DNA of 64,000 nt from a virus (Duplodnaviria > Caudoviricetes): the IMG/VR virus record IMGVR_UViG_3300021364_000005; one strand, given 5' to 3'. Position 1 is the first letter of the stretch; each line of letters opens with the position of its first letter. The notes under the pieces are model-generated. The model was given only the letters and a program-made list of their open reading frames with translations, was not told the origin of the DNA and ran no database searches. Positions 49,924 to 58,262 of this stretch are shown piece after piece. The translations under genes were made by a program, and so were the position numbers.

Positions 49924-50868
49924 ATGAGTAAAGTTTTTCCTTCAAAATATCCTATACTTGCTGCACCTATGAATCAAGTATCAGAGGTTAATTTAGCTGT
50001 TGCGTGTTATAACAGCGGAATTTTTCCTAGTATAAGCACATTATGTTTTGTAAATAATAGACAGATAGATTGGGAAGAATTAACTAGGCAACTTAATTTA
50101 TACAAAAGTCAAACACAAAGTAACAATTTATTGCTAAGTGTTCCTGACAAATTATTTTTCAGCGATACATTTCAGTGTTTAAAAGATCAAAAATTATTTT
50201 CTCATTTAGAGATTATTTGCACAGATCTAAGACTTAATGATAACATAACACTTAGTCAACATGATATTAACAATTTTAATAATTTAAACAATAAATTTCA
50301 ATCTTGGAAAAATAACGGCTATAAGTTTATCTATAAAAGTTTGGCTAGATTTGTAATTTATGATATCTATAAAAATTACAAAAATGATTTATTTGATGCA
50401 TTTGTTATTAAAGGTCCTGATGCAGCAGGAATGGTTATAGATAGGAAGAACGGTAATAACTTACTACAGGACTGTAATGAAGTTATTGAAAAATGTTCTG
50501 ATATAAAACTTATTGCATCGGGAGGTATAGGCTCAAAAAAAGATATAGATGATCTTTTACATATAGGAGTTGATAGTGTATCTTTAGGAACTATTTTTGC
50601 ATCTAGTAAGGAAAGTATATTGTCTGAAACAACAAAAACAAAAATGGTTAAGGCTGGCGCAAATAGTTTGAATAGATTTGCAAACTCCAATCAAAATGCA
50701 TTACAGTTTAGTGTTGTCAACAATGACGACTTTAATCATACTAATAGTTTAAAACAAGGAATATCTACTGGCAATCAAGGACATATTTTTGCAGGAAAGG
50801 GTATACAACACATAACGCAGATTCAATCTGTTAATAACATCGTTAAGGATTTAGTAAATGAAACGTAA
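49924..50868 (+). CDS. Nitronate monooxygenase / FabK-like FMN TIM-barrel oxidoreductase
   Basis: PILAAPM, IASGGIG, LGT.F..SKES. Confidence 0.7.
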   Translation: MSKVFPSKYPILAAPMNQVSEVNLAVACYNSGIFPSISTLCFVNNRQIDWEELTRQLNLYKSQTQSNNLLLSVPDKLFFSDTFQCLKDQKLFSHLEIICTDLRLNDNITLSQHDINNFNNLNNKFQSWKNNGYKFIYKSLARFVIYDIYKNYKNDLFDAFVIKGPDAAGMVIDRKNGNNLLQDCNEVIEKCSDIKLIASGGIGSKKDIDDLLHIGVDSVSLGTIFASSKESILSETTKTKMVKAGANSLNRFANSNQNALQFSVVNNDDFNHTNSLKQGISTGNQGHIFAGKGIQHITQIQSVNNIVKDLVNET

Positions 50869-52228
50869 TTTTAGTTTAGATACCTTCTGTCCAGAAGTAT
50901 ATAGTCAAATAGAGATAGATGCAGAAGGTGACTACAAAATATGTTGCCTAGCAAATTTTGATAAAGACTTTGGTATGTGTTTAGATGAAAATGGAGAAGT
51001 AATGAATGTTGCTACCCATTCTATTGAAGAAGCTATCAACAGTGAAACGCATAAGCAGCATAGATTACAACTAGCAAAAAATGAAAGACCGTTGAGGTGC
51101 AGAAGCTGCTATGATAGCGAGGATGCAACAAAAGGGTTGGCAGAATGGGGTAAAAGTGCTAAGAGGGGTAGAAGTAAGCGTCAACGTGTATTATGGCAAA
51201 CTGGTGCAAGTATACCTGAATATGTAAAGTTTGAACAAGCTGAACAAATGACAAATGCTGACGGAAGCACTTCTGCTAAAGTTGTTAATTTAGATCTACG
51301 TTTTGGTAATCTTTGTAACCAAAAATGTATCATGTGTAGTCCCCAGCACAGTAATTTATGGTACGATGATTGGGTTACGCTAGGCTATGGTGATCCTTTA
51401 TATAATAGAGATAAAGGTATCTATAAAAAAGGCGATGCAAAAACATTTAAATTTTACAAAGATGAACACGGAAAAACAAAAATGACAGGCACTGAGCGTT
51501 GGTGGGAAACTGATACTTGGTGGGAATCATTTGATAAGATTGCTCCCGACCTGCGATACATTTATTTTACTGGAGGCGAACCTTTGGTTGTTCCTGCGAT
51601 GCAAGAATGCTTAGATAGATTAATAAATGCGGGATATGCTGAAAACATACAGTTAAGATATGATACTAATTTAAGTGTAATAAACAAAAAAGTTATAGAT
51701 AAATGGAAGCATTTTAAAAAAGTTTGGTTGTGTGTTAGCATAGATGATACTGAAGAAAGATACAACCTTATAAGATTTCCTGGTAATTACGATAGAATAA
51801 AGGCAAATACTTTACAGTTAAAAGAAGCAGGAATACCTATTCATTACATAAGCACTTGTGTAGGTATTGCAAGTCCGTATAGTGTTATACGTATTAGTCA
51901 ACTTGCAAAAGAACTAGAAGTAGATACATATTTTAGATTTCTAGAAGGTCCTAACTGGTTAGATATTAGGAATTATCCTGCTAGTGCAAAACAAGAAATA
52001 ATAGAAAATTTACAAAAGCATAGCGGCGATCCACTTTATGACAAGTGGGCAAAAGGTGAAATAAAACTTTTACAAAAGTATATGGATCATAGTGAAGAAA
52101 AGTACCTAAAAGAATTCATTAGAGTAATGGATATACTCGATGAGAATCGGGGAACTAATTGGAGGTCTGTGTTAACAGATGTAGTAGATTTGTTTAAAAA
52201 TCATTGTCCTCATATATACAAAGATTAA
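50858..52228 (+). CDS. N-terminal twitch-domain radical SAM protein
   Basis: FCPEVY..ICC..CRSC; CNQKCIMC; TGGEP. Confidence 0.9.
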   Translation: MKRNFSLDTFCPEVYSQIEIDAEGDYKICCLANFDKDFGMCLDENGEVMNVATHSIEEAINSETHKQHRLQLAKNERPLRCRSCYDSEDATKGLAEWGKSAKRGRSKRQRVLWQTGASIPEYVKFEQAEQMTNADGSTSAKVVNLDLRFGNLCNQKCIMCSPQHSNLWYDDWVTLGYGDPLYNRDKGIYKKGDAKTFKFYKDEHGKTKMTGTERWWETDTWWESFDKIAPDLRYIYFTGGEPLVVPAMQECLDRLINAGYAENIQLRYDTNLSVINKKVIDKWKHFKKVWLCVSIDDTEERYNLIRFPGNYDRIKANTLQLKEAGIPIHYISTCVGIASPYSVIRISQLAKELEVDTYFRFLEGPNWLDIRNYPASAKQEIIENLQKHSGDPLYDKWAKGEIKLLQKYMDHSEEKYLKEFIRVMDILDENRGTNWRSVLTDVVDLFKNHCPHIYKD

Positions 52229-52533
52229 AGATTTTCTTCCATAGTCCTTGAAATACAAACAATTTCACAAGCTGTGTTGTATTCTAATTCTCTAGCCTGT
52301 TCGGCCATCCATTCTGCATCATTTGTTACATCATTCAAGTCTACACTATCAACCCATTCGCTCACATATTGTATAACTAATTTAGAGTCATCTAAAAAAG
52401 ATGCTTCTCTAAACTTAGTGCATAGTCCTGTGTCAATAGCAATTTCTTGAATGTGATCTAAAAAAGACTGTTGTGGTGCATAAAATTCTACCTCTGTGTG
52501 AGGACGAATAAACTGTCTTGTAAATCTTTTCAT
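52225..52533 (-). CDS. Hypothetical protein
   Basis: GGAG SD upstream of the ATG at 52533 (MKRFTRQF). Confidence 0.55.
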   Translation of the reverse strand: MKRFTRQFIRPHTEVEFYAPQQSFLDHIQEIAIDTGLCTKFREASFLDDSKLVIQYVSEWVDSVDLNDVTNDAEWMAEQARELEYNTACEIVCISRTMEENL

Positions 52534-52559
52534 TTTTAATCTATCTCCGTTTTGTTCCA

Positions 52560-52566
52560 ATAAATA
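52560..52566 (+). promoter_or_regulatory. Late promoter motif ATAAATA 4 nt before the start codon
   Basis: AATAAATACTATATG. Confidence 0.5.
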
Positions 52567-52570
52567 CTAT

Positions 52571-53773
52571 ATGTTAAAACACAAAGCACTTGGTTACTAT
52601 GTTGTTAATGGCAAAACTTTTTCTAGTAAGATTGCTGCTTGTATTTATGCAACGCAAAATCATGCAAGTATAAGATGGCATTTTAACAATGAAATATTTG
52701 ATTATTATCCCTGGCACATAGAACCTGAAGAAAGTTTAGATGAACTTTATTATCGTAGAGCTAGGCAACTGCGTGAGCAGTACGATTATATCTGTTTAGC
52801 ATTTAGCGGAGGTGGTGATAGTAACAACATACTAGAAGCATTTTTGCGTCAAGGATTATTCATTGATGAAGTTGTAACAAACATCATGGATGATAAAAAT
52901 AAACTTACTACCAATAATAGTTTACAGATTAGTAATTGGAACGAAGGTGCTGAGTATAAACTCCAAACTGTAGATAGACTTAAAGAACTACAAAGTCGAT
53001 CTCCTAATACTAAAATAAGTGTTATTGATCTAAGTAAAGGATTGTTTGAAATATTTAATTCCTACGGAGATGCAGGTTGGATAGAAAAAACTAGAGAACG
53101 AATGAACCCTAGCGGATTTATGCGTCATAATTTTTTACACATGAAAGAAATACGTAAAAGATTTGATAAAGATAAAAAGATTTGTATGTTATTAGGAATC
53201 GAAAAACCTCGCACTTTTGTAAAAGATGGTATGTTTAAAATGGCTTTTAGCGATAAGGCTGTTAATATAGCTACAGTATCAGAGTTTATTGAAGACTACG
53301 ACAATACAGAAGTAGAATATTTTTATTGGCATCCTGATGCTGCTGCAATAATTGCCAAGCAATGTCATGTTATAAAGCGTTGGTTAGAATTCAATCCTAG
53401 ATTTTTAAAGTATTGGTTGCCTAAAGACACAGGCGAAATATGGAGTAACCATAGGAAGTATCACGAAAGGATACTTAGACCTTTGATATATAATTCAACA
53501 TGGCATGAAACTTATTGGCAGGCAAATAAAAGTACTAAAGATTGGTATTCTGAAATTGACGACTGGTTTTGGAAGCAACACAGCGGAACAAAGGAACACG
53601 CTATATGGAGAGCCGGTTTAGATTATGTCAAAGAAAATGCAAAAGATTGGATGATGCCTGGTGACACCGAAGGTTTAAAAGGATTTTTGCATAGTTATGA
53701 TATTGGAAAACTAAAAACTATTAATGCAGGTCAACCCACACACCGTTCGCATATGCTTGGACTTTATTCGTAG
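52571..53773 (+). CDS. PP-loop (N-type ATP pyrophosphatase) protein
   Basis: LAFSGGGDSNN; aligns by eye over its length with 48698. Confidence 0.75.
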   Translation: MLKHKALGYYVVNGKTFSSKIAACIYATQNHASIRWHFNNEIFDYYPWHIEPEESLDELYYRRARQLREQYDYICLAFSGGGDSNNILEAFLRQGLFIDEVVTNIMDDKNKLTTNNSLQISNWNEGAEYKLQTVDRLKELQSRSPNTKISVIDLSKGLFEIFNSYGDAGWIEKTRERMNPSGFMRHNFLHMKEIRKRFDKDKKICMLLGIEKPRTFVKDGMFKMAFSDKAVNIATVSEFIEDYDNTEVEYFYWHPDAAAIIAKQCHVIKRWLEFNPRFLKYWLPKDTGEIWSNHRKYHERILRPLIYNSTWHETYWQANKSTKDWYSEIDDWFWKQHSGTKEHAIWRAGLDYVKENAKDWMMPGDTEGLKGFLHSYDIGKLKTINAGQPTHRSHMLGLYS

Positions 53774-55310
53774 TAGTATTGTAAATCATCATACCATTTT
53801 CGCCAGTCAGTGCATCTCTTGTAGTAGTATCCATATTTGCTAATTTAGCATAGTTACCGAACGTTGTTCCTTGGTCTGGTTTAAATGTAGCAGCTATTGC
53901 TGTACTACCTGCTGCATCTGTTGTGTGTATTTCTACATTAGTTGGTACTACATTAGTGCTAACTGTTCCATCTACCTTAGCTACAATTTTTGCACTATCT
54001 ATATAGTCAGTGCCGTCATGTCCTCTCCATTGGATTCTATGCAATACGTCAGTGTCTTGTACTGCTGCTGGAGCGGTAGTTGTTCCTCTACTAAATGCAA
54101 GTCCTAGTCTTGGACCAACGCCAGGAAAGTTTGTTGCGCCAATTGAATAGAAAGGCATTCCTGTTGGAGCTGATGTTATACCTGCATGAATACCAAAAGT
54201 TCTAAATGTTCCTGCACTGTCAATACTTGCTCGTGTAATTGGTGCACCTGAACTATTGTTAGTAACAAATTCAAGTAGGCCTGGTAATTGTTCGTCAGCT
54301 ACTGTGCCGTCAGGGTCAACACTTGCTTTGATACTTGCGTTAGAACTTATATCATTACCGTCCCAGCCGCCAAAGATAATTTGTCCTGTTGCGTCACCTG
54401 CTTGTACAGGTGCCGGACTGTCTATAGTGCCTCTATTGAATAGTACACTTATAGTTGCTCCGCCGTTGTCATCATAGAATCTCTCAAAACGTCCAGCTGC
54501 AAAAGCATAGTTGTCTGCTTCACTTTTAACTAGTATTCTGTCTAATGTTGCTGTTCCTTTTACAGCTTCTGCTAGTAAACTACCCGCAACACCGTCTACT
54601 AGTAATGTGCTACCGTCTGAATAAACACTACCTGTTAAGTCGCCATCTACACTACCAGTTACATCTCCAGTTAAGTTACCAGTTACATTACCAGTTACAG
54701 AACCTGTATATTGAGCAGACGCTCCATCGGCACTTGGATTTAAAACTGTTACTAGACCGTCGTTAGATTTAACAGGACCTAGTAGTTCTCCAGTTACTGT
54801 TCCGTTAACATCACCTACTAAGTCACCTTGAAAGTTTGTTGAAACAACATTTGTTGCAACAACATTACCTGTTAAATCACCAGTAACGTTACCTGTTAAG
54901 TCACCTATAAAATCGTTTGCTGTCATGGTTGACGCTGCCATTTCTAAATTGCCAGTATCTACCATTGTTGAGCTGTCGCTGCCTAAAATGTTTATTTCGT
55001 AAGAATTGCCTGCAACAACACCATCTCCTGTACCGCCTGATGGTGCCGGAACTGTTACCCATGCACTTTGTGATGCATTATATTGTAAGTACTCACCGTC
55101 GGCTACTGCTCCTGCTTCTACATCGGTAAGGTCTGTTAATACAGTAGCACCGCCACCGCCGCCACCTGTAGTATCAACTGCAACACCGCCTGCTGTTGTT
55201 CCGTCTCCTACAAATAATTTTTTGGTATCAGTTACATAAACTAATTCACCTTCTGCTGGTGTAACTAGTAAACGTTCTGCGTCTGTTCCTCTTCTTAAGC
55301 GTAATGCCAT
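53721..55310 (-). CDS. Tail fibre-like virion protein with Mtd_N/hyaluronidase-type N-terminal domain
   Basis: MALRLRRGTDAER...GEL.YVTDTKKLFVGDG; G(N/D)xT tetrapeptide repeats; an ATAAATAC motif lies upstream at 55348-42. Confidence 0.7.
   Translation of the reverse strand: MALRLRRGTDAERLLVTPAEGELVYVTDTKKLFVGDGTTAGGVAVDTTGGGGGGATVLTDLTDVEAGAVADGEYLQYNASQSAWVTVPAPSGGTGDGVVAGNSYEINILGSDSSTMVDTGNLEMAASTMTANDFIGDLTGNVTGDLTGNVVATNVVSTNFQGDLVGDVNGTVTGELLGPVKSNDGLVTVLNPSADGASAQYTGSVTGNVTGNLTGDVTGSVDGDLTGSVYSDGSTLLVDGVAGSLLAEAVKGTATLDRILVKSEADNYAFAAGRFERFYDDNGGATISVLFNRGTIDSPAPVQAGDATGQIIFGGWDGNDISSNASIKASVDPDGTVADEQLPGLLEFVTNNSSGAPITRASIDSAGTFRTFGIHAGITSAPTGMPFYSIGATNFPGVGPRLGLAFSRGTTTAPAAVQDTDVLHRIQWRGHDGTDYIDSAKIVAKVDGTVSTNVVPTNVEIHTTDAAGSTAIAATFKPDQGTTFGNYAKLANMDTTTRDALTGENGMMIYNTTTNKVQAYANGVWVDLH
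54620..54915 (-). repeat. G(N/D)(V/L)T tetrapeptide repeats in the fibre shaft
   Basis: GDLTGNVTGDLTGNVV and GSVTGNVTGNLTGDVTGSVDGDLTG. Confidence 0.6.
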
Positions 55311-55352
55311 GCTGACAACTCCTAAAATACATTCTATAATGTATTTATGCCT

Positions 55353-55667
55353 TTATCTTCTTTTCTTCATGAATAAAGCAGTGCGTTTTTGTATATCTGC
55401 TTTAACCTTTTTAGTATCTAGTCTAAAGTCAACATTGTCGATATTTTCTCCGTATTCATCAAAAAAATCACCAACAATGGTTTCTAAATCAGTTTTACCT
55501 TTGCGAGCTTTAGGACGTAAATCTACTTCCCAAATTTTGCCATCTTTAAAACTGACTCGGATAGCAGCCAAGTACTCAAGGGGTACAACTTTAACGTCAA
55601 TATCCTTGAGTACTTCTGGCCAATGCTGAACAACATCTTGGGGGAGTTTTCCTGTTTTTTTAGGCAC
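55353..55667 (-). CDS. Hypothetical protein
   Basis: Probable GTG start at 55667, coupled to the upstream stop. Confidence 0.55.
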   Translation of the reverse strand: MPKKTGKLPQDVVQHWPEVLKDIDVKVVPLEYLAAIRVSFKDGKIWEVDLRPKARKGKTDLETIVGDFFDEYGENIDNVDFRLDTKKVKADIQKRTALFMKKRR

Positions 55668-56277
55668 TGCTCTTAGTTTTACGCTTTGTAGGAACAAGTT
55701 CTTCTGCTTGTTCTCTTAGCTTTTTAGCTTCCTTAAATAGGGCGTCTGCTTGCGAACGATACTGTGCGGCAAGATCTTCATCAGTTAATACACCGTCAGT
55801 ACTAGGTTGTGCTTCGCTTACAGGTTGTTCTACTTTTTCTGGCTGTTCAGCTACAGATGGTTCTCCTAAATCTCTTTGTCTAGGGGCTTGCTCACTCATA
55901 GCAAGATCTTCAATTGAAATACCTTTTTGCTCAGCAATCAACCTGTTAAGTTCATCTAAACTTACACTTGTTTGTGTATTAGGTACCATTTCGATTTCAC
56001 TTGTTTTCATTTTAACAAGTTTTTGGCTAGCATGAAAACGTGGCAGCATTCTACTACCATCATTTAAAAGTGCTCTATCCATTGCTTGGCCAAACTCTTG
56101 TGCAGTTTGACCTGCATTACTTTCAAGAAGATTAATCACAGCATCATGATCTTCTGGTGAAAGATTTTCTGTTGGCAGTATTAAACAACTATTCGGATCG
56201 CCTGGAATAGTTCTAAATACTACTGCACATTTTCTCTGGTTGGACTTAATACGTCCAACGTGATTGAGATTAGCCAT
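55660..56277 (-). CDS. Hypothetical protein
   Basis: 205 aa ORF with an 8 nt overlap with the upstream gene. Confidence 0.6.
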   Translation of the reverse strand: MANLNHVGRIKSNQRKCAVVFRTIPGDPNSCLILPTENLSPEDHDAVINLLESNAGQTAQEFGQAMDRALLNDGSRMLPRFHASQKLVKMKTSEIEMVPNTQTSVSLDELNRLIAEQKGISIEDLAMSEQAPRQRDLGEPSVAEQPEKVEQPVSEAQPSTDGVLTDEDLAAQYRSQADALFKEAKKLREQAEELVPTKRKTKSSA

Positions 56278-56554
56278 TCACTGCTGCCTCAACTGCTGCG
56301 TCGGTAGTAGCTTCTGCTTGTGCTTCATTAGCTTGCTGTGATGCCGCAATGGCAGCTAAGAAGTTTTCTAGTTTGGTGTAGGTTTGTCCTACAACGGTCA
56401 TTTCGTTTGGTTTAAATGCACCGCGTTGGCTTGCTACATCAATAATAGTTTTTAATGCACTCAAGTCCTGTACTGTAAGATCTACAGGAGGAGCAGCAGC
56501 TTCTGTTGCTTGCTCGGTCTGAGGTGCTTGAGTTTCAGTTGTTTGTTCAGACAT
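56270..56554 (-). CDS. Hypothetical acidic, Ala/Gln-rich protein
   Basis: AAGGAG SD before the ATG at 56554; ATAAATA at 56583-77. Confidence 0.6.
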   Translation of the reverse strand: MSEQTTETQAPQTEQATEAAAPPVDLTVQDLSALKTIIDVASQRGAFKPNEMTVVGQTYTKLENFLAAIAASQQANEAQAEATTDAAVEAAVNG

Positions 56555-56593
56555 TATTTTATCTCCTTTGTGCAAATATTTATTGTGTCTAAA

Positions 56594-56872
56594 TTAGTTA
56601 TACTTTAAAAGTGGACAAGCTAACATGAAATAACTAAGTTCTTTTTGATTTTCAAATCCAACTGTAAGTTTTGTTTGCATTGTTCCATCCTTTACTACGG
56701 TTCTTGGAGTAACAAAGTATCTACCTTTTAAGTTTGTATCAATCCATCTTGTGATAGAATCTTGTAAGTTATACCTTTGTTCTAAATCAACAGTGTCAAA
56801 AAACTCCGGCAAGAAATCTACTTTCCTGTTACCGAATATATTTAATGGATTTGGTTCTTTAAGCCGCGTCAT
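56594..56872 (-). CDS. Hypothetical protein
   Basis: ATG at 56872 overlapping the end of the vWA gene. Confidence 0.55.
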   Translation of the reverse strand: MTRLKEPNPLNIFGNRKVDFLPEFFDTVDLEQRYNLQDSITRWIDTNLKGRYFVTPRTVVKDGTMQTKLTVGFENQKELSYFMLACPLLKYN

Positions 56873-58172
56873 AGTGAACTGTCTGACCAAATGGTCCTTC
56901 TAAGTTTTTATCTCTGTTGCTGTGAATTAAAAATACTGTATCGCAGTAGTCTGGGTCACCCCATGAATCCCAAGCATACCCGTCTGTAAACATAATAAAC
57001 TTTTTAGGTTGTATGTCTTGTTCTTTCATATAGTTCCAGTTGCACATAAAATCAGTGCCGCCACCGCCATAAATTTCATAATCGGTTAACGTTTCTCCGC
57101 CGTCTGCTGTAAATGTTTGTTCGTTGTATACAGCAGTATCAAAACACCATACAGTAATTTTGTAATCTTTGTATTCGTCCATAATGCCTTTAATTTCACT
57201 TAAGAAATCTTTAGCTTGTGCATCACCAATAGACCCGCTCATATCAATACTAACACAAAGATCAATAGTGTCCTCAAAGTTCATACCTGGAAGTATTGCA
57301 CCAGTATGCCATGCTTTGCGTGATGGGCGACTAAATGTATAATCATTGCGTATTGTGCTTTGAATCTGTTGACGCAAAATTTCACGCCAATTCATTTTAG
57401 GCTCAGTAAGCTCTTTAATCATACGCTGTACTTCACCAGGCGTATTGCCAGCACCTGCTGCCTGTGCAGCCTGCATTACACCTTCTTTAATTTCATCTTT
57501 AATTTTGCGAAGTTCTTCTTTAGAATACTTAGGTTTGCCTTTAGAAACAGCGTTGCCGTTGCTGTCAGTAGTTTCTTCACTACCGCCACCTTCGCCTTCG
57601 TCGTCTCCGTCTAGGTCTAGGTGCTCGTCTAACAGTTCACCTAATTGCTTAAGGTATTCTTCACCATTCTTCTTTGCTTCTTCGTAAATGTCATCATACA
57701 CATCTTCTGATGACCAGTTATCATATTTAAAGTCTTGGAAGCAATCTACAAGTTTAGGTTTTTCACCAATACGATCACGTACAAGCAAGTTGTTTACAAT
57801 ATAGTCGGCAGCAATGTTATAGATAAGTGGTATTCTATCACCTCTACGTCCTAAATGATCAAATACGCAATGTAGGATTTCGTGTGCAATAACAAACTCA
57901 ATTTCCTTGTTTGACATTGCATTAAAAAATTGTGTGTTGTAGTAAAGGTTACGCCCATCAACCGCCGCTGTAGGACACCAATCATCACCGCATACAATTC
58001 TAAGACGTGTAGCCATGTTACCAAAGAACGGATGTCGAAGCAACAAACCAACTCGTGCAACGACAATTCTGTCTAAGACTTCTACACGCATTGCTTCTAA
58101 TGCTTCTTGCGAAATATCCGGATCAGGTGTCCAGTGTTTCGTGCCCTCTAAGTTTCTCATTGGATATGCCAT
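56859..58172 (-). CDS. HEXXH metallopeptidase-like + vWA domain protein (MoxR partner)
   Basis: AHEILH; DMSGSI MIDAS motif; GGGTDF; FTDG. Confidence 0.85.
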   Translation of the reverse strand: MAYPMRNLEGTKHWTPDPDISQEALEAMRVEVLDRIVVARVGLLLRHPFFGNMATRLRIVCGDDWCPTAAVDGRNLYYNTQFFNAMSNKEIEFVIAHEILHCVFDHLGRRGDRIPLIYNIAADYIVNNLLVRDRIGEKPKLVDCFQDFKYDNWSSEDVYDDIYEEAKKNGEEYLKQLGELLDEHLDLDGDDEGEGGGSEETTDSNGNAVSKGKPKYSKEELRKIKDEIKEGVMQAAQAAGAGNTPGEVQRMIKELTEPKMNWREILRQQIQSTIRNDYTFSRPSRKAWHTGAILPGMNFEDTIDLCVSIDMSGSIGDAQAKDFLSEIKGIMDEYKDYKITVWCFDTAVYNEQTFTADGGETLTDYEIYGGGGTDFMCNWNYMKEQDIQPKKFIMFTDGYAWDSWGDPDYCDTVFLIHSNRDKNLEGPFGQTVHYDAA

Positions 58173-58200
58173 GTTCTAACCCTTTTGCTACTATACTTAT

Positions 58201-58228
58201 ATTATATAGTCTTTCAATTAAAAGTCAA
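58201..58228 (-). promoter_or_regulatory. Sigma70-type promoter for the vWA gene
   Basis: TTGACT, 16 bp spacer, TATAAT on the minus strand. Confidence 0.65.
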
Positions 58229-58230
58229 GA

Positions 58231-58258
58231 GAAAATGGGTAGTTTCCTACCCATTTTC
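58231..58258. terminator. Perfect 12 bp hairpin, probable intrinsic terminator after the AAA gene
   Basis: GAAAATGGGTAG-TTTC-CTACCCATTTTC directly after the stop at 58263. Confidence 0.7.
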
Positions 58259-58262
58259 GATA

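Noticed and set aside
46342-53773. Calling the PP-loop genes queC or lasso-peptide cyclases
   Set aside because: No QueC C-terminal Cys cluster, no lasso B/RRE protein and no recognisable lasso precursor are visible. Only the generic SGGxDS motif is supported.
55309-55629. Plus-strand 106 aa ORF and the many other short antisense ORFs in the track
   Set aside because: They are shadows of longer, motif-bearing genes on the opposite strand or frame and lack start signals.
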